The notes: generated by a model from the sequence alone, not told the origin. Numbered from the stretch's first letter, positions 19,419 through 30,203 are shown. The stretch is 64,000 bases of DNA from Candidatus Sumerlaeaceae bacterium (GCA_049968255.1 JBMFRB010000001.1:455433-519432), one strand, 5' to 3'. Numbers and translations are program-made.

Positions 19419-19917
19419 CCGTCTTCAACTCCTTGATTGGATTCTCGCGAGCCCCATTGGTTTTGCCGCTCTCAGAGCCACAAAGAAGGGGAATCCTAAA
19501 TTATAAAAAGAGGGAGTGGTAAAAATTCACTATAATACGACTAGCTTTATAGAGTAATTAGCGAAATAAATTACCGCTACTTGCATGTAAGGGACTTAGA
19601 AATCTTGCCGTATTTTATTGCTTTATTGCCGAATGAAAATGTTGTCGGAGAATCTTTGATTTTAGATCTCTGAAAAAAAGATACTTATCTACTATTCTCC
19701 CTGGATTCTCTTTTAGCGATGCCGGTGAGCTTTCTTTTCCATAAGTTCCGCGCGGTTCCCATGAGAATGACTGTGCGGCGTCTAAATGCAGCTTATTCTT
19801 AGGGGTACTCCTAGAGTGCCGGCGACGGTGAGACCTCGTGGAAGCAGTCGCTTCCTTTTCGCGAGGCAACCGTAAGGGAATCGCAATCCCACCGCGACAA
19901 CGCAACAAAGGACTACT

Positions 19918-21183
19918 ATGGAGCAGTTCAAAAAAATTGTGCTTCCCAACGGCGTGAGAATCGTTCTGGAGCGCATCCCCTACGTTCGCAGCGCCTCCGT
20001 GGGCATCTATCTGGAAGTGGGGAGTCGCAATGAGAAACCCGAGGAGCATGGGCTGTCGCATTTCGTGGAGCACATGTTCTTCAAAGGCACTCGGCAGTAC
20101 GACGCCATGGCGCTCTCTGTGCTGATCGATAAGCTAGGTGGCAACGTGAACGCTTTCACCACGCAGGAGAATATTGCGATTTCGGCTAAGGTGATAGATG
20201 AAGATCTGTCCGCAGCTATCGATTTGCTGGCGGAGATCTACCTCGACAGTGTGTTTGCTCCGGAGGAAATTGAGCGCGAACGCAACGTTGTGTTGGAAGA
20301 GATTAAGATGTACAACGACACGCCAGACGAACTCGTTCTGGACGTGTACCTGGATCACCTCTATGCCGATCATGCGCTTGGCCGGCCGATTCTTGGCACG
20401 CCGGATCAGGTGCGACGTTTCACGCGCGACGACATTGTTCGTTACTTGAACCGCGAGTTTGCCCCGGACCGCGTGGTTGTGGCTTTAGCGGGGAACTTTG
20501 ATCTGCGGCGTATCGAGCCGCAACTGAGACGGATTTTCGAGCGACTGGAACCCAATGGTTGGGAACGCAATCCCCTCGAGCCGCCTGCGCCGACCTTTCA
20601 AAGCTATAACTTGGATCGCGACACGGAACAGGTGCATTTCTGCATGGGGACGGATGGTCCGCCGCGCGACAGCGAGGACCGTTATGCCTTTGCGATTCTT
20701 AGCACCATTCTTGGCGGTTCGACGTCTTCACGCATTTTCCGCGAGGTGCGCGAAAAGCACGGCCTGGCTTATTCGATCGGCACGTTCGATTGCTCGTTCC
20801 GCGATGCAGGGGCGATCGCCGTAACTGGGGGGACAAGTCCAAAGCATATTCATCAAGTGGTGCGGTTGTGCCTCGACGAGATCCACAAACTCTACACGGA
20901 AGGCGTCTCGGAGGAAGAGGTCGACAACGCCCGCCAGCAGATCAAAAGTTCGTTGATCCTGGGCATGGAAAATAGTGCCACGCGCATGGGGCGCCTTGCG
21001 GAGTGCGAAATTTTCTACGGTGAGTACATTCCCGTGGACCGCGTGCTGGCACGAATCAACGCCGTCACGCCCGACGACGTACAACGAGCTGCCGAGATTT
21101 ACTTGAAGGACAGACCGGTGTCGTTTGCATCCATTGGCCCGTCGCACAAGTTCGAGCTTTCCTTCTGCGGCATGACCTTCTGA
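19918..21183 (+). CDS. M16 family zinc peptidase
   Basis: Inverted zinc motif HFVEH (HxxEH) MFFKGT, NAFT, ERNVVLEE, SSRIFREVREKHGLAY. Confidence 0.93.
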   Translation: MEQFKKIVLPNGVRIVLERIPYVRSASVGIYLEVGSRNEKPEEHGLSHFVEHMFFKGTRQYDAMALSVLIDKLGGNVNAFTTQENIAISAKVIDEDLSAAIDLLAEIYLDSVFAPEEIERERNVVLEEIKMYNDTPDELVLDVYLDHLYADHALGRPILGTPDQVRRFTRDDIVRYLNREFAPDRVVVALAGNFDLRRIEPQLRRIFERLEPNGWERNPLEPPAPTFQSYNLDRDTEQVHFCMGTDGPPRDSEDRYAFAILSTILGGSTSSRIFREVREKHGLAYSIGTFDCSFRDAGAIAVTGGTSPKHIHQVVRLCLDEIHKLYTEGVSEEEVDNARQQIKSSLILGMENSATRMGRLAECEIFYGEYIPVDRVLARINAVTPDDVQRAAEIYLKDRPVSFASIGPSHKFELSFCGMTF

Positions 21184-21315
21184 GAGCTGCTGCGTTCTCC
21201 CAGAAGGCCCAGACAATAAGGCGGTGAGGACTGTCCATTTTTCGTTTGTCCAAGAAGCCCATGCAGTGGCGGCCGCCATGTGTTGTAGCGAGGAGAAAAA
21301 AGAGTGAACGCGGGC

Positions 21316-22602
21316 CTAGCCGGCGGCAAGCAGGTGTTGTGCGGCGGCCCGGGCAGCCACATAGGCACTGGACCAAGCCCATTGGAAATTAAATCCCCCT
21401 AGGCGCCCGTCCACATCGAGGATTTCGCCACAAAGATGCAGTCCGGGGATCTTGCGCGATTCGAGGGTACGCCAGCTTACTTCGTCGAGATGAACTCCGC
21501 CGGCTGTGACTTCAGCGGCGGAAAACCCTCTATCGCCGATCACACGCAGGGGCAGCGCAAACATGGATGCTGCGAGAGCAGACATCTCGTCGCGACGAAG
21601 CTGGCCCATGCGGCGGGTGGCAAGTATCCCCGCAAGTGCTTCTGCAAAACGCTGGGGATAGAGTTGCGCTAGTACTGCGGCCACAGTTCGGCGAGGATGG
21701 TCGGCTCTCTCGCGCTGCAGGAAAGCCGAAGCCTCATGAACGCACCCGAACTGGGGATGCCCAAGCGTGAGCTCGAGAGAGCCGCTGCCACTCCGAAGTG
21801 CACGAGTCACGTGGCGCGACAAGTCGAGGACAGCCGGCCCACTCACGCCAAAGTGGGTAAAAAGGATCGGCCCGAATGTCTCATAAGTCGCACCGTCCTG
21901 CGGGTTGATGAAACGGAGGCGACAAAGGAAGGAGATCCCCGCAAACTCTGCAAAACGCCCCCCGGCGCTTTGGTCGGGAGAGAGAACAAGAGGAACGAGC
22001 GCGGGCACAGGATCGACGACGGTGTGACCTAGCTTGCGCATCCAGTGCAGTCCAGCGCCATCGCTGCCGGATTTAGGGAGAGCAAGACCACCGGTGGCAA
22101 GAATCACACGCTTTGCAATGCATGAGCATCGGGTGAGCGCCCATTGGAGGAGAAATCCTGGCGAAATTGGTTCCAGGTTTTCGATTCTGGCCCCCGAGAT
22201 GATCTTGCAGCCTCGCTCGGTGGCGCCACGCACCAAAGCATCGCGCACGGATGCTGCCTCATAGGTGGCTGGGAAGTACTTACCCTTTTCTTCGAGCACG
22301 AGCTCGACACCGAGAGAGCGGAACCAGTCAATTGTCTGCTTCACGTTGAAGCTGCGCAGAACATTGCGCACGACAATGCTCGAGCTGCTCCAGAAATCGC
22401 GTTCCGTCACGATGGCGTTTGTCACATTGCACCGCCCACCGCCGCTCACCAAGATTTTGGTGCCAATGCGAGTGGCGCCCTCGAAGACCATGATGCGCAA
22501 GCGCCGCGCCGAGTCATGGGTTGCAGCAAAGATTGCAGCCGCAAGCCCAGAGGCACCTCCCCCAATAATCGCAATGTCTGTTTTGATTTGTTGTTCTTTC
22601 AC
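21316..22602 (-). CDS. HI0933/BaiN-family FAD-dependent oxidoreductase
   Basis: GGGASG, KILVSGGGRCNVTN, LATGG, FTHFGVSGP, VTAGGV, GGFNFQWAW. Confidence 0.92.
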   Translation of the reverse strand: MKEQQIKTDIAIIGGGASGLAAAIFAATHDSARRLRIMVFEGATRIGTKILVSGGGRCNVTNAIVTERDFWSSSSIVVRNVLRSFNVKQTIDWFRSLGVELVLEEKGKYFPATYEAASVRDALVRGATERGCKIISGARIENLEPISPGFLLQWALTRCSCIAKRVILATGGLALPKSGSDGAGLHWMRKLGHTVVDPVPALVPLVLSPDQSAGGRFAEFAGISFLCRLRFINPQDGATYETFGPILFTHFGVSGPAVLDLSRHVTRALRSGSGSLELTLGHPQFGCVHEASAFLQRERADHPRRTVAAVLAQLYPQRFAEALAGILATRRMGQLRRDEMSALAASMFALPLRVIGDRGFSAAEVTAGGVHLDEVSWRTLESRKIPGLHLCGEILDVDGRLGGFNFQWAWSSAYVAARAAAQHLLAAG

Positions 22603-22747
22603 ACGTCTCGGCAGTGGCCTCTTTTTTTTCGACGTTAGCGGCGAAGGTTGATAGCGGCCAGTGACTATGGGCAGGCCTCACCGCTGCTCAAGCGCACCGG
22701 ATGCCCGACCGGTTGGTGAAACCGGTCCGTTTCCGCGCCGTCATGGG

Positions 22748-25063
22748 TCATGAATTTTGGCCGGTCATTGGCGCCGCTGCCGGTTCGGGCACTACGACCG
22801 TTCCAGCCGGCTTCGAGCGCGCCTGTCCCGGTTGCGGGTAATCGACTCGGCGATGATAGCGGCTCAGGAGAGTTTTCACAAATACCTCGAAAATTTCGTG
22901 CAGGTCTTCAAAAGTCATTTTGCACTCGTCGAACTGGCCGTCGCTGAACTTGTCCTGGATGGTTTGGCGCACAAGCCGATAAACGTCTTCTTCGCGCACG
23001 ATCTTCCCCGTAAGTTTTGCAGTGGCGGTGGCTTCAACTGCGTCAGCCAGCATGACGATGGCGGCCTCGCGGGTTTGAGGTTTAGGGCCTGGATAGCGGA
23101 ATTCCTCTTCGTCGAGCGTACTGATTTGTGTTCCTAACTGCTGGCGCGCCTGTTCATAAAAGTATTTGATGAGCGAGGTGCCATGGTGTTGGGGTATAAA
23201 ATCAATGACTTGTTGCGGGAGCCGGAAGCGGCGCGCCAACTCAATGCCTTCGCGCACGTGGTTTTTTATGATGAGGCAGCTGAGAAATGGGGACATGCGC
23301 GAGTGAATGCGGCGTTCTTCGGGGGTGACCTGGTTTTCGGTGTAATACTTAGGTTTGAGCAGTTTTCCCACGTCGTGAAAATAAGCTCCAGCGCGAACAA
23401 GAAGGTAATTGGCGCCGATACGTTCTGCGGCGGGTTCTGCAAGCTTTGTCACATTGAGGACATGCTGATAGGAGCCTGGCGCGCGTTCTTCCATGAGACG
23501 CATAAGAGGATGTTCGATACTTGTGAGCTCCATGAGGCGCACGTCGGTGACTATGCCGAAAAGGCTTTCGATGAGGGGAAGTCCACCCACCGCCAACACG
23601 TAGCAGGCGAGGCCATTGGCCACCGCGAGAATTGCCACGTCCGCACGGATGGCCAAACGGTTGAACATCACGGCACTGACGATGGCAAGCAAGGCATTGA
23701 GGGCTGCTAGGCGCAGTCCAGCCATGAGCACCTCGCGGCGTTCGCGCACGGAGTGGAGGAACACAACGCCTGCGAGACCGCTCACAGCACCGACGAAGGT
23801 CGGCCAGAAGCTTCCGTGGAAGGCAAGTCCTGCAGCTAGGGCGGACACCAACGAAATGACGATAGCCAGCTGGGGCTCGAAGAGAATAACGTCAAGCATT
23901 CCTACTAAGCCGGCCGGATAAGCAAACGTCGAAAGAACAACATCGTCGGAAAGGGTGAACACAAACTTTCCCACCGCTAATGCAAACACCGATGGAAGCG
24001 CAAGCATCGCGATGCGCGCCGGGGTGAACAAAAAATCGCGAACATAGCGCGCGGCGAAGCCTGCGACGAATGCCATGGCTAACGCAACGATCAATGCGTT
24101 GGAAAATAAGCGCAGCGTGTCATAGCGCCGCAGCTTCTTGTCGAGCAGGCCAAGTAGCTCAACCTGGAGAGAAGACAGTCGCTCGCCACGTGTGATGACA
24201 CGGTTGCCCGCCGCGACTTCGAATTTGCGCTGAACTTTTTTGAGTGCCGCTTCGAGCGACTCAGCGGTAAGGTGTTCGCTGTAAACAATGTTGGGACGCA
24301 AGATGGGGAGCAAGAGCTCGGTGTAAGCTTTTCTCCATTCGGGCGCGACGGGCGCTCGCGCAAAAGCTCTGCGTTCGAGGAAACTCTCGACTTCTGTTGG
24401 ATACTCCAGGACGCGCTCGAGGTCAAAGGTTGTGGTACGATCGAGTGCCGACGGGGCAGCGCTCAGGATTCGCAAACGCCCCGTCAATGCGGCGCCAATC
24501 AACAGACGCTTATCGTTAGTGATGCCGCGTTCGGAATAAAGGGTGCGGAGCACTTCGAGCAAATCTGTGTGAAGGCGCGGATCGTCCGCATGGGCAATGA
24601 GAAACTCGCAAGTCGGGTGGGAAAGCTCCACGCCGTATGCGGTTCGCAGTTTCTTCTGAAAAACCGACTGAGAGCTAGGTAGATCGCGAGCTTTGCTCGC
24701 CTCGTTCAAAACGCGTTCAAGGAGTTCTACTGTGCCGTGCTCGACAGCTACATCGTGGACAAAGATTTTCGCGTGTTGAGAGCGAATTTCTGCCTCATCT
24801 CGTGCAACTTGTTCCGTATCCTCGACGGCAAGGGCGAAGGGGGTCACGACATCGCCTTCCGTCCATTCTTGGCCGACCTCGGCCCGAAAGGGCGTGAATC
24901 GGGGAATGGGACCGACAATGACAACAAGCCCAAGCCATACGACGATCACTGTGGCCCACCGCATGAGCGAATCGAGGCGCGAGGCCAAGGGCGATTTGGG
25001 CGACCGCCCGGCTACATTGCGGCTCTCGACGGTGCGACGCGCTCTGTCAACTAGCTTGCCCAT
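22748..25063 (-). CDS. 7TM-HD phosphohydrolase (PgpH-like cyclic dinucleotide phosphodiesterase family)
   Basis: N-terminal TM, large extracytoplasmic domain, ~7 TM bundle, APGSYQH, YFHDVGK, QHHGT, YPGPKPQTREAAIVMLAD; follows phoH as usual. Confidence 0.9.
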   Translation of the reverse strand: MGKLVDRARRTVESRNVAGRSPKSPLASRLDSLMRWATVIVVWLGLVVIVGPIPRFTPFRAEVGQEWTEGDVVTPFALAVEDTEQVARDEAEIRSQHAKIFVHDVAVEHGTVELLERVLNEASKARDLPSSQSVFQKKLRTAYGVELSHPTCEFLIAHADDPRLHTDLLEVLRTLYSERGITNDKRLLIGAALTGRLRILSAAPSALDRTTTFDLERVLEYPTEVESFLERRAFARAPVAPEWRKAYTELLLPILRPNIVYSEHLTAESLEAALKKVQRKFEVAAGNRVITRGERLSSLQVELLGLLDKKLRRYDTLRLFSNALIVALAMAFVAGFAARYVRDFLFTPARIAMLALPSVFALAVGKFVFTLSDDVVLSTFAYPAGLVGMLDVILFEPQLAIVISLVSALAAGLAFHGSFWPTFVGAVSGLAGVVFLHSVRERREVLMAGLRLAALNALLAIVSAVMFNRLAIRADVAILAVANGLACYVLAVGGLPLIESLFGIVTDVRLMELTSIEHPLMRLMEERAPGSYQHVLNVTKLAEPAAERIGANYLLVRAGAYFHDVGKLLKPKYYTENQVTPEERRIHSRMSPFLSCLIIKNHVREGIELARRFRLPQQVIDFIPQHHGTSLIKYFYEQARQQLGTQISTLDEEEFRYPGPKPQTREAAIVMLADAVEATATAKLTGKIVREEDVYRLVRQTIQDKFSDGQFDECKMTFEDLHEIFEVFVKTLLSRYHRRVDYPQPGQARSKPAGTVVVPEPAAAPMTGQNS

Positions 25064-25108
25064 GGCGTAGGCGGAAAGCCAAATCTCCCGGAGGTTTATA
25101 ACCTCAGC

Positions 25109-26191
25109 TTAGCTTTGCGGTACAATTTTCACCGGCTCTGGTGACGCAGTGTCATCGGCCGATGGCTCTTCCGCAAGCATTTCCGGACGACCGCCGCGCC
25201 GATATCCTAAAGGGAGCTCAGGTTGGGTGGTGCTGGCACGCTCGGCTGCGTCGTAGGCGCGAATGATTTTCTGGATGAGCTCATGGCGGACCACGTCTGT
25301 CTCGTCGAAACGCACGAATTCAATGCCCTCGATGTTGCCTAACACGCGGTGCGCGTGGACGAGTCCCGATTCCTTGCCCGCCGGCAAGTCAATCTGCGTA
25401 ACATCGCCTGTGATCACTGCTTTCGAGTCATTGCCCAGACGCGTGAGAAACATTTTCATCTGTTCAACAGAGGTGTTCTGCCCCTCATCAAGGATAACAA
25501 ACGCACTATTGAGCGTGCGGCCACGCATAAACGCCAGCGGAGCTATCTCTACTGTGCCATTTTCGATGAGCTGACGTGCGCGCTCGGGGTCCACCATGTC
25601 GTAGAGGGCGTCGTAAAGTGGGCGCACAAACGGATCAAATTTTGCGGCAATGTCACCTGGGAGAAAGCCAAGCTTTTCTCCTGCTTCCACTGCCGGGCGG
25701 ACAAGGATGATCCGGCGCACCTGGCTGGTGATAAGGTAATGCACAGCCATCGCCATGGCAAGATAAGTTTTGCCAGTTCCAGCAGGGCCGATGGCAAAAA
25801 CGATGTCGCAACGCCTTATGGCATCCAGATAGTGCTTCTGATGCGCAGTCATTGGGGCGACGCCACGTTTTTTCAGCGGAAGTGTTACGCGGTCGGAGAA
25901 AATTTGGTGCAGATCCTCATCTCGCTCTTGTTTGATACTTTCCACAGCATAGCGAATCTGGCGTTTTGTCAGGCCGTTTTTCGTGCGGGAGAAATTCAAC
26001 AGATGCTCGATAAGGCGGCAGGCTTGCTCGACCTTCGGCGCGTCGCCAATAATTTTGAGGGTTGTTCCGCGCGGGACAATGCGTACTTCGAATTGAGCTT
26101 CCAGCTCGCGCAGTTTTTCGTCGTTCTTGCCGCAGAAATCGAGGATTTCCGAGGCACCTAATTCGACAATCTGCTCAAAAAGTTCCGTCAA
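25109..26191 (-). CDS. phoH: PhoH-family ATPase (YbeZ)
   Basis: GPAGTGKTYLA, RPAVEAGEKLGFLPGD, APLAFMRGRTL, MKMFLTRLG. Confidence 0.95.
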   Translation of the reverse strand: MTELFEQIVELGASEILDFCGKNDEKLRELEAQFEVRIVPRGTTLKIIGDAPKVEQACRLIEHLLNFSRTKNGLTKRQIRYAVESIKQERDEDLHQIFSDRVTLPLKKRGVAPMTAHQKHYLDAIRRCDIVFAIGPAGTGKTYLAMAMAVHYLITSQVRRIILVRPAVEAGEKLGFLPGDIAAKFDPFVRPLYDALYDMVDPERARQLIENGTVEIAPLAFMRGRTLNSAFVILDEGQNTSVEQMKMFLTRLGNDSKAVITGDVTQIDLPAGKESGLVHAHRVLGNIEGIEFVRFDETDVVRHELIQKIIRAYDAAERASTTQPELPLGYRRGGRPEMLAEEPSADDTASPEPVKIVPQS

Positions 26192-26490
26192 TGTCTGGTG
26201 TTTTTACCTCCTCCGTATCCCCGACTGACGGCCGTTCGGAGTCGACGGGGCATTTGTTTGTTTTCAATAGTAACTACAGTAAGGGGCAGCACCGATTCAA
26301 AAGGGGAAGCCACATTAAATTCCACTGAAAGCTCGTCGGTGAAGTGCTCAGGAATTTTTGTTTTGAAGTGGGTAGGGCTGCTGTCGTCTAATACGAAGCA
26401 ATTCAAGGAGGCTGGCCCAGGCGTAAGCTCGGAAATACCTTCAGGATATGATGGAAGCCTCACGAGGAAAACGACGCAAAAGGAAGTGCG

Positions 26491-27966
26491 ATGCGAATTC
26501 TCTTGGTATCGTCGGAAGTCGAGCCGTTTGCAAAAACTGGAGGGCTCGCTGATGTTGCGGGAAGTCTGCCGCTGGAACTTGCGCGGCTAGGCCACGATGT
26601 GCGCGTGGCCATGCCGAAATATCGCGCGGTGGATGAATTGCGTTTCAATCTCGTCCCAATTCTCGATGAGATCATTGTGCGGCTGGGCGACACTTCTTAC
26701 CTGACGCAAATCAAGCGCTCTTACTTTCCGAAAACTCAGGTGCCCGTTTACTTTGTCCAATGTCACAGCTGTTTCGACCGTGACGGCCTCTATCAGGAAA
26801 ATGGCGTAGATTATCATGACAACGAAGTGCGTTTCGGGGTTTTCTGCAAAGCGGTGATTTGGTTGCTTAAGGCCCTGGATTGGATGCCAGACGTTATTCA
26901 TTGCAATGATTGGCAAACCGCGCTAATCCCCATTTTCCTGCACAATGACTCCGAAGTTGCAGCTGCTGACCCAGCATTCACGCGAATGAAGGTCTTGTAT
27001 ACGATACACAATTTGGCTTATCAAGGGCTCTTCGAACTGGACTCGCTGAAACGGCTTGGGCTGCCACTGTCGTTGTTCACGCCAGAGAAACTCGAGTTTT
27101 ATGGCAAGATCAACTTGATGAAGGGCGGCATTGTGTTCGCCGATGCTGTTTCTACAGTCAGTCGCCGTTATGCGGAAGAAATCCAGACACCTGAATTTGG
27201 GTGTGGCTTGGACGGTTTGCTGCGGCAGCGGCGCGACCGTCTCTACGGGATCATGAATGGCATAGACTATACTATTTGGGATCCGCAGAGGGATCCGCAC
27301 TTGCCGGTGCACTATAGCCCCAAATCGCTTGGCGGAAAGACGCGCTGCAAGAAGGCGCTGCAAAAGGAATTGGGCCTCGAGGAGAACACAGACATACCGC
27401 TGGTGGCCATGATTTCCAGGCTCGACCCGCAGAAGGGATTTGATCTCGTCGTGGAAGCTCTGGAGGCCATCATGGCCGAAAACCTTCAATTTGTGCTACT
27501 CGGCACAGGCCAACCACGCTACCATGAGATTTTCGGGGAAGCGGCGAAACGCTGGCCAGGCCGGATGAGCGTGAATCTACGCCTGGACGTACCGCTGTCG
27601 CATCGCATCGAGGCAGGCGCTGATATTTTCCTTATGCCCTCGCGCTACGAACCGTGCGGACTCAATCAGCTTTATTCGATGCGCTATGGGACGATTCCCG
27701 TGGTTCGCCACACGGGTGGCCTTGCGGATTCTGTGACAGACGCCTGCGAAACGAACATTAAAGCCGGCACAGCCACAGGTTTTGTGTTCGAAGACTTCAG
27801 CGCCCACGCTATGATGGAGGCGCTGCGGCGCGCCTTTAGTGCGTATAAGAAAAAGCCGCTCTGGCGACAACTCCAACGCACAGCTATGGCTCAAGACTTC
27901 TCCTGGCATGCTTCGGCGAAAAAATACGAAGATCTTTTCACTAAAATGACCAGTGGACAGGTGTGA
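26491..27966 (+). CDS. glgA: Glycogen synthase
   Basis: KTGGLADV, IHCNDWQT, TIHNLAYQG, PSRYEPCGLNQ. Confidence 0.97.
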   Translation: MRILLVSSEVEPFAKTGGLADVAGSLPLELARLGHDVRVAMPKYRAVDELRFNLVPILDEIIVRLGDTSYLTQIKRSYFPKTQVPVYFVQCHSCFDRDGLYQENGVDYHDNEVRFGVFCKAVIWLLKALDWMPDVIHCNDWQTALIPIFLHNDSEVAAADPAFTRMKVLYTIHNLAYQGLFELDSLKRLGLPLSLFTPEKLEFYGKINLMKGGIVFADAVSTVSRRYAEEIQTPEFGCGLDGLLRQRRDRLYGIMNGIDYTIWDPQRDPHLPVHYSPKSLGGKTRCKKALQKELGLEENTDIPLVAMISRLDPQKGFDLVVEALEAIMAENLQFVLLGTGQPRYHEIFGEAAKRWPGRMSVNLRLDVPLSHRIEAGADIFLMPSRYEPCGLNQLYSMRYGTIPVVRHTGGLADSVTDACETNIKAGTATGFVFEDFSAHAMMEALRRAFSAYKKKPLWRQLQRTAMAQDFSWHASAKKYEDLFTKMTSGQV

Positions 27967-27974
27967 TTGGTTTG

Positions 27975-28781
27975 CTACACGCGAAATTCTCGCCTGGCGT
28001 ACACCACACACGCGAGGACGAGACCGCCAAGCCCCACTCCCATGAAAAGACTCCACGTGGCTAGGGGCAGGGATTTATGGGCGAGAATTTCGATTGGCTT
28101 GTAGTGATTGAAAAGGGAAAGGCGTGCCCATGGTCTGGCGGCGTCCCAAAGTTGGGCCACAAAATTTCCCACATACATCGCAAGCAGGACGCTCACGCTC
28201 CAGCCTGCGGCATCCGAACGCGTGTCGGCGATCGCCGAGAAGAAAAGACTTCCTCCCGCGACAGCAAAACCAAGCGCAAATAGGGCCAGACCCAGTTGCA
28301 AAAGCTGCGTGGCTGACGGCAAAGTGTAACCAAGCCGGGTGAAGCCAAGGATGGTGCCCAGAATCGCCGACGTCGAAGCGACAGCGAGCCAAACGAGCGG
28401 CGTGGCGAACGCATAGGCCGGTAGGAGCGGCCGTGCTATTGGACGCGCCAAGAGATGGGTGATCGTGAGGCGCTCGACCTGACCAACAAGAAATTCGACA
28501 GTGCAGGTGACGGCGAGTGCACAAATGACAATCAACACAAAGGGATGTTGATACGCAAGTGTCAGGATTCCAGCCACCGAATCAGGGGCGAGGCGATCCA
28601 TCCCCAAAAAACTTTGTACGGCCTTTGGAATCACCCGCATCAGGAGCGTGGGCGCTCCTTCGAGGTTGAGAATGAAGCCGCGATAAACAAACGCCATCAT
28701 GTAGTGAAAGCCAAAAAGCGCTAATGCGGCGAGTATTCCGGTCGGTGAGCTCCGACGCAGATAATAGCGCAGGAGAATCAT
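27975..28781 (-). CDS. ABC-2 type exporter permease
   Basis: Six TM helices, LLARPIAR motif, adjacent to ABC ATPase. Confidence 0.8.
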   Translation of the reverse strand: MILLRYYLRRSSPTGILAALALFGFHYMMAFVYRGFILNLEGAPTLLMRVIPKAVQSFLGMDRLAPDSVAGILTLAYQHPFVLIVICALAVTCTVEFLVGQVERLTITHLLARPIARPLLPAYAFATPLVWLAVASTSAILGTILGFTRLGYTLPSATQLLQLGLALFALGFAVAGGSLFFSAIADTRSDAAGWSVSVLLAMYVGNFVAQLWDAARPWARLSLFNHYKPIEILAHKSLPLATWSLFMGVGLGGLVLACVVYARREFRV

Positions 28782-29740
28782 TATGCTCCGTCCTTCGGTA
28801 ACCGATAGTAATCGAGAAGGTGTTCAAGCGCGGCGGACTCAATACGGACATCTGCGATGGGCAAATGGGTGAGTTCGTGGAGCACGTCTGGCACCACATC
28901 AGGCTCAATGCGATAAACGAGCCAGCCGTTCTCTTCGCGGAGTAAATCGGCAAACGGCAATCGGGGCGCACGCGCAGGTTGGGAATGCGCCGCGTGGTCC
29001 ATCTTTATGTAAAGTAGCCGATGGGCAGTGTCAGTGAACTCAGCAACGCGAAAACAGTTGAGCAACTTTCCCTCGCTGAGTACGGCGATACGATCGCAAA
29101 GTTGCAGCGCTTCGCTCAGGACATGCGTGGAGAAGAGGATAGCGGTCCTCGATGTCGCTCGCTCCCGAAGGATCTCATAAAGAACTTGCTGGGCAACAGG
29201 GTCGAGTGCAGTGGTCGGTTCATCCAAGATCACAAGTTCCGGATCGTGCTGGAGCGCGGCAATCAAGCCGAGCTTTTGCTTCATTCCGCGGGAGTACTTG
29301 CGGATGGTGAGTCGCAAATCGGCCGCGCTCAGCTGGAAGCGCTCGCACAGCTCGTTGCGCCTATTGACAGGAACACGTGAAAGCTTGCCGAGCAGTTCAA
29401 GCAGGCGAGCACCGGTTTGCGCTTCGTCGAAAGCGAGATCACCCGGCAGATAACCGATTCGCCGCCGTATGAAGCACGCACGCCAAGAACGAGGCGCGAT
29501 GCCGAATAGTGTGACGTGGCCTTTTGAAGGACGAATGAAGCCAAGAATGGCGCGAAGGGCTGTTGTTTTCCCTGCGCCGTTGGGACCGAGCAGACCCAAA
29601 ATCTCCCCTGAATGAAGTTCCAGATCAAGGGCAGTCAATGCAGGGCGCGGTCCATAATGTTTCGTGAGCGCGACTGCATGCACGACAGGCTTGGAACTGG
29701 GGGCAGGTGCTTCAAGATGCTCTTCCATGTAAGGCTTCAT
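28781..29740 (-). CDS. ABC exporter ATP-binding protein
   Basis: GPNGAGKTT, YSRGMKQK, ILDEPT, STH. Confidence 0.93.
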   Translation of the reverse strand: MKPYMEEHLEAPAPSSKPVVHAVALTKHYGPRPALTALDLELHSGEILGLLGPNGAGKTTALRAILGFIRPSKGHVTLFGIAPRSWRACFIRRRIGYLPGDLAFDEAQTGARLLELLGKLSRVPVNRRNELCERFQLSAADLRLTIRKYSRGMKQKLGLIAALQHDPELVILDEPTTALDPVAQQVLYEILRERATSRTAILFSTHVLSEALQLCDRIAVLSEGKLLNCFRVAEFTDTAHRLLYIKMDHAAHSQPARAPRLPFADLLREENGWLVYRIEPDVVPDVLHELTHLPIADVRIESAALEHLLDYYRLPKDGA

Positions 29741-30141
29741 TCCTCCCAGCCAAAGGCGTCGCGATGTAACTCCAGCATTTCGATCCGTCCGTCGGGGCGC
29801 AGAATTACGCTCACAATATCAAACGTCGAAGGCGAGGGCTGGCGAAAAGACCTAAGATAGTGCCGAGCAGCTCGGCGGATATGGCGGCGCTTCTCGCTAT
29901 CGACCGCATCTTCGGGGGCGAATTTGTCGAGTGTGGAGCGCGTTTTGACTTCCACAAAATGCAAGCGATCATTGCGCTCGGCGATGATGTCGATCTCGCC
30001 CGCGGGACACCGATAATTCCGCTCAATGATGCGAAACCCCTCGTTTGCAAGAAAACGCGCAGCGATTTCTTCGCCTTTGTCTCCAAGCTGGCGATTGAGG
30101 GTATCGCGCTGTTCTTGATCGTGGCGCCCCATCGTGGCCAT
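29737..30141 (-). CDS. yraN: YraN-family (UPF0102) putative endonuclease
   Basis: GDKGEEIA, ERNYRCPAGEIDII, FVEVKTR, FDIV. Confidence 0.92.
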   Translation of the reverse strand: MATMGRHDQEQRDTLNRQLGDKGEEIAARFLANEGFRIIERNYRCPAGEIDIIAERNDRLHFVEVKTRSTLDKFAPEDAVDSEKRRHIRRAARHYLRSFRQPSPSTFDIVSVILRPDGRIEMLELHRDAFGWEE

Positions 30142-30203
30142 GATATCTCACAGCTCCCTTGCCCTGAGTCAAGAAACCAAGATCGCAGCCAGCACCGGGT
30201 GGT

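Noticed and set aside
19419-19917. Replication origin or dif site
   Set aside because: No exact TTATCCACA boxes, no dnaA/gidA/parAB context and no convincing XerC/XerD arms.
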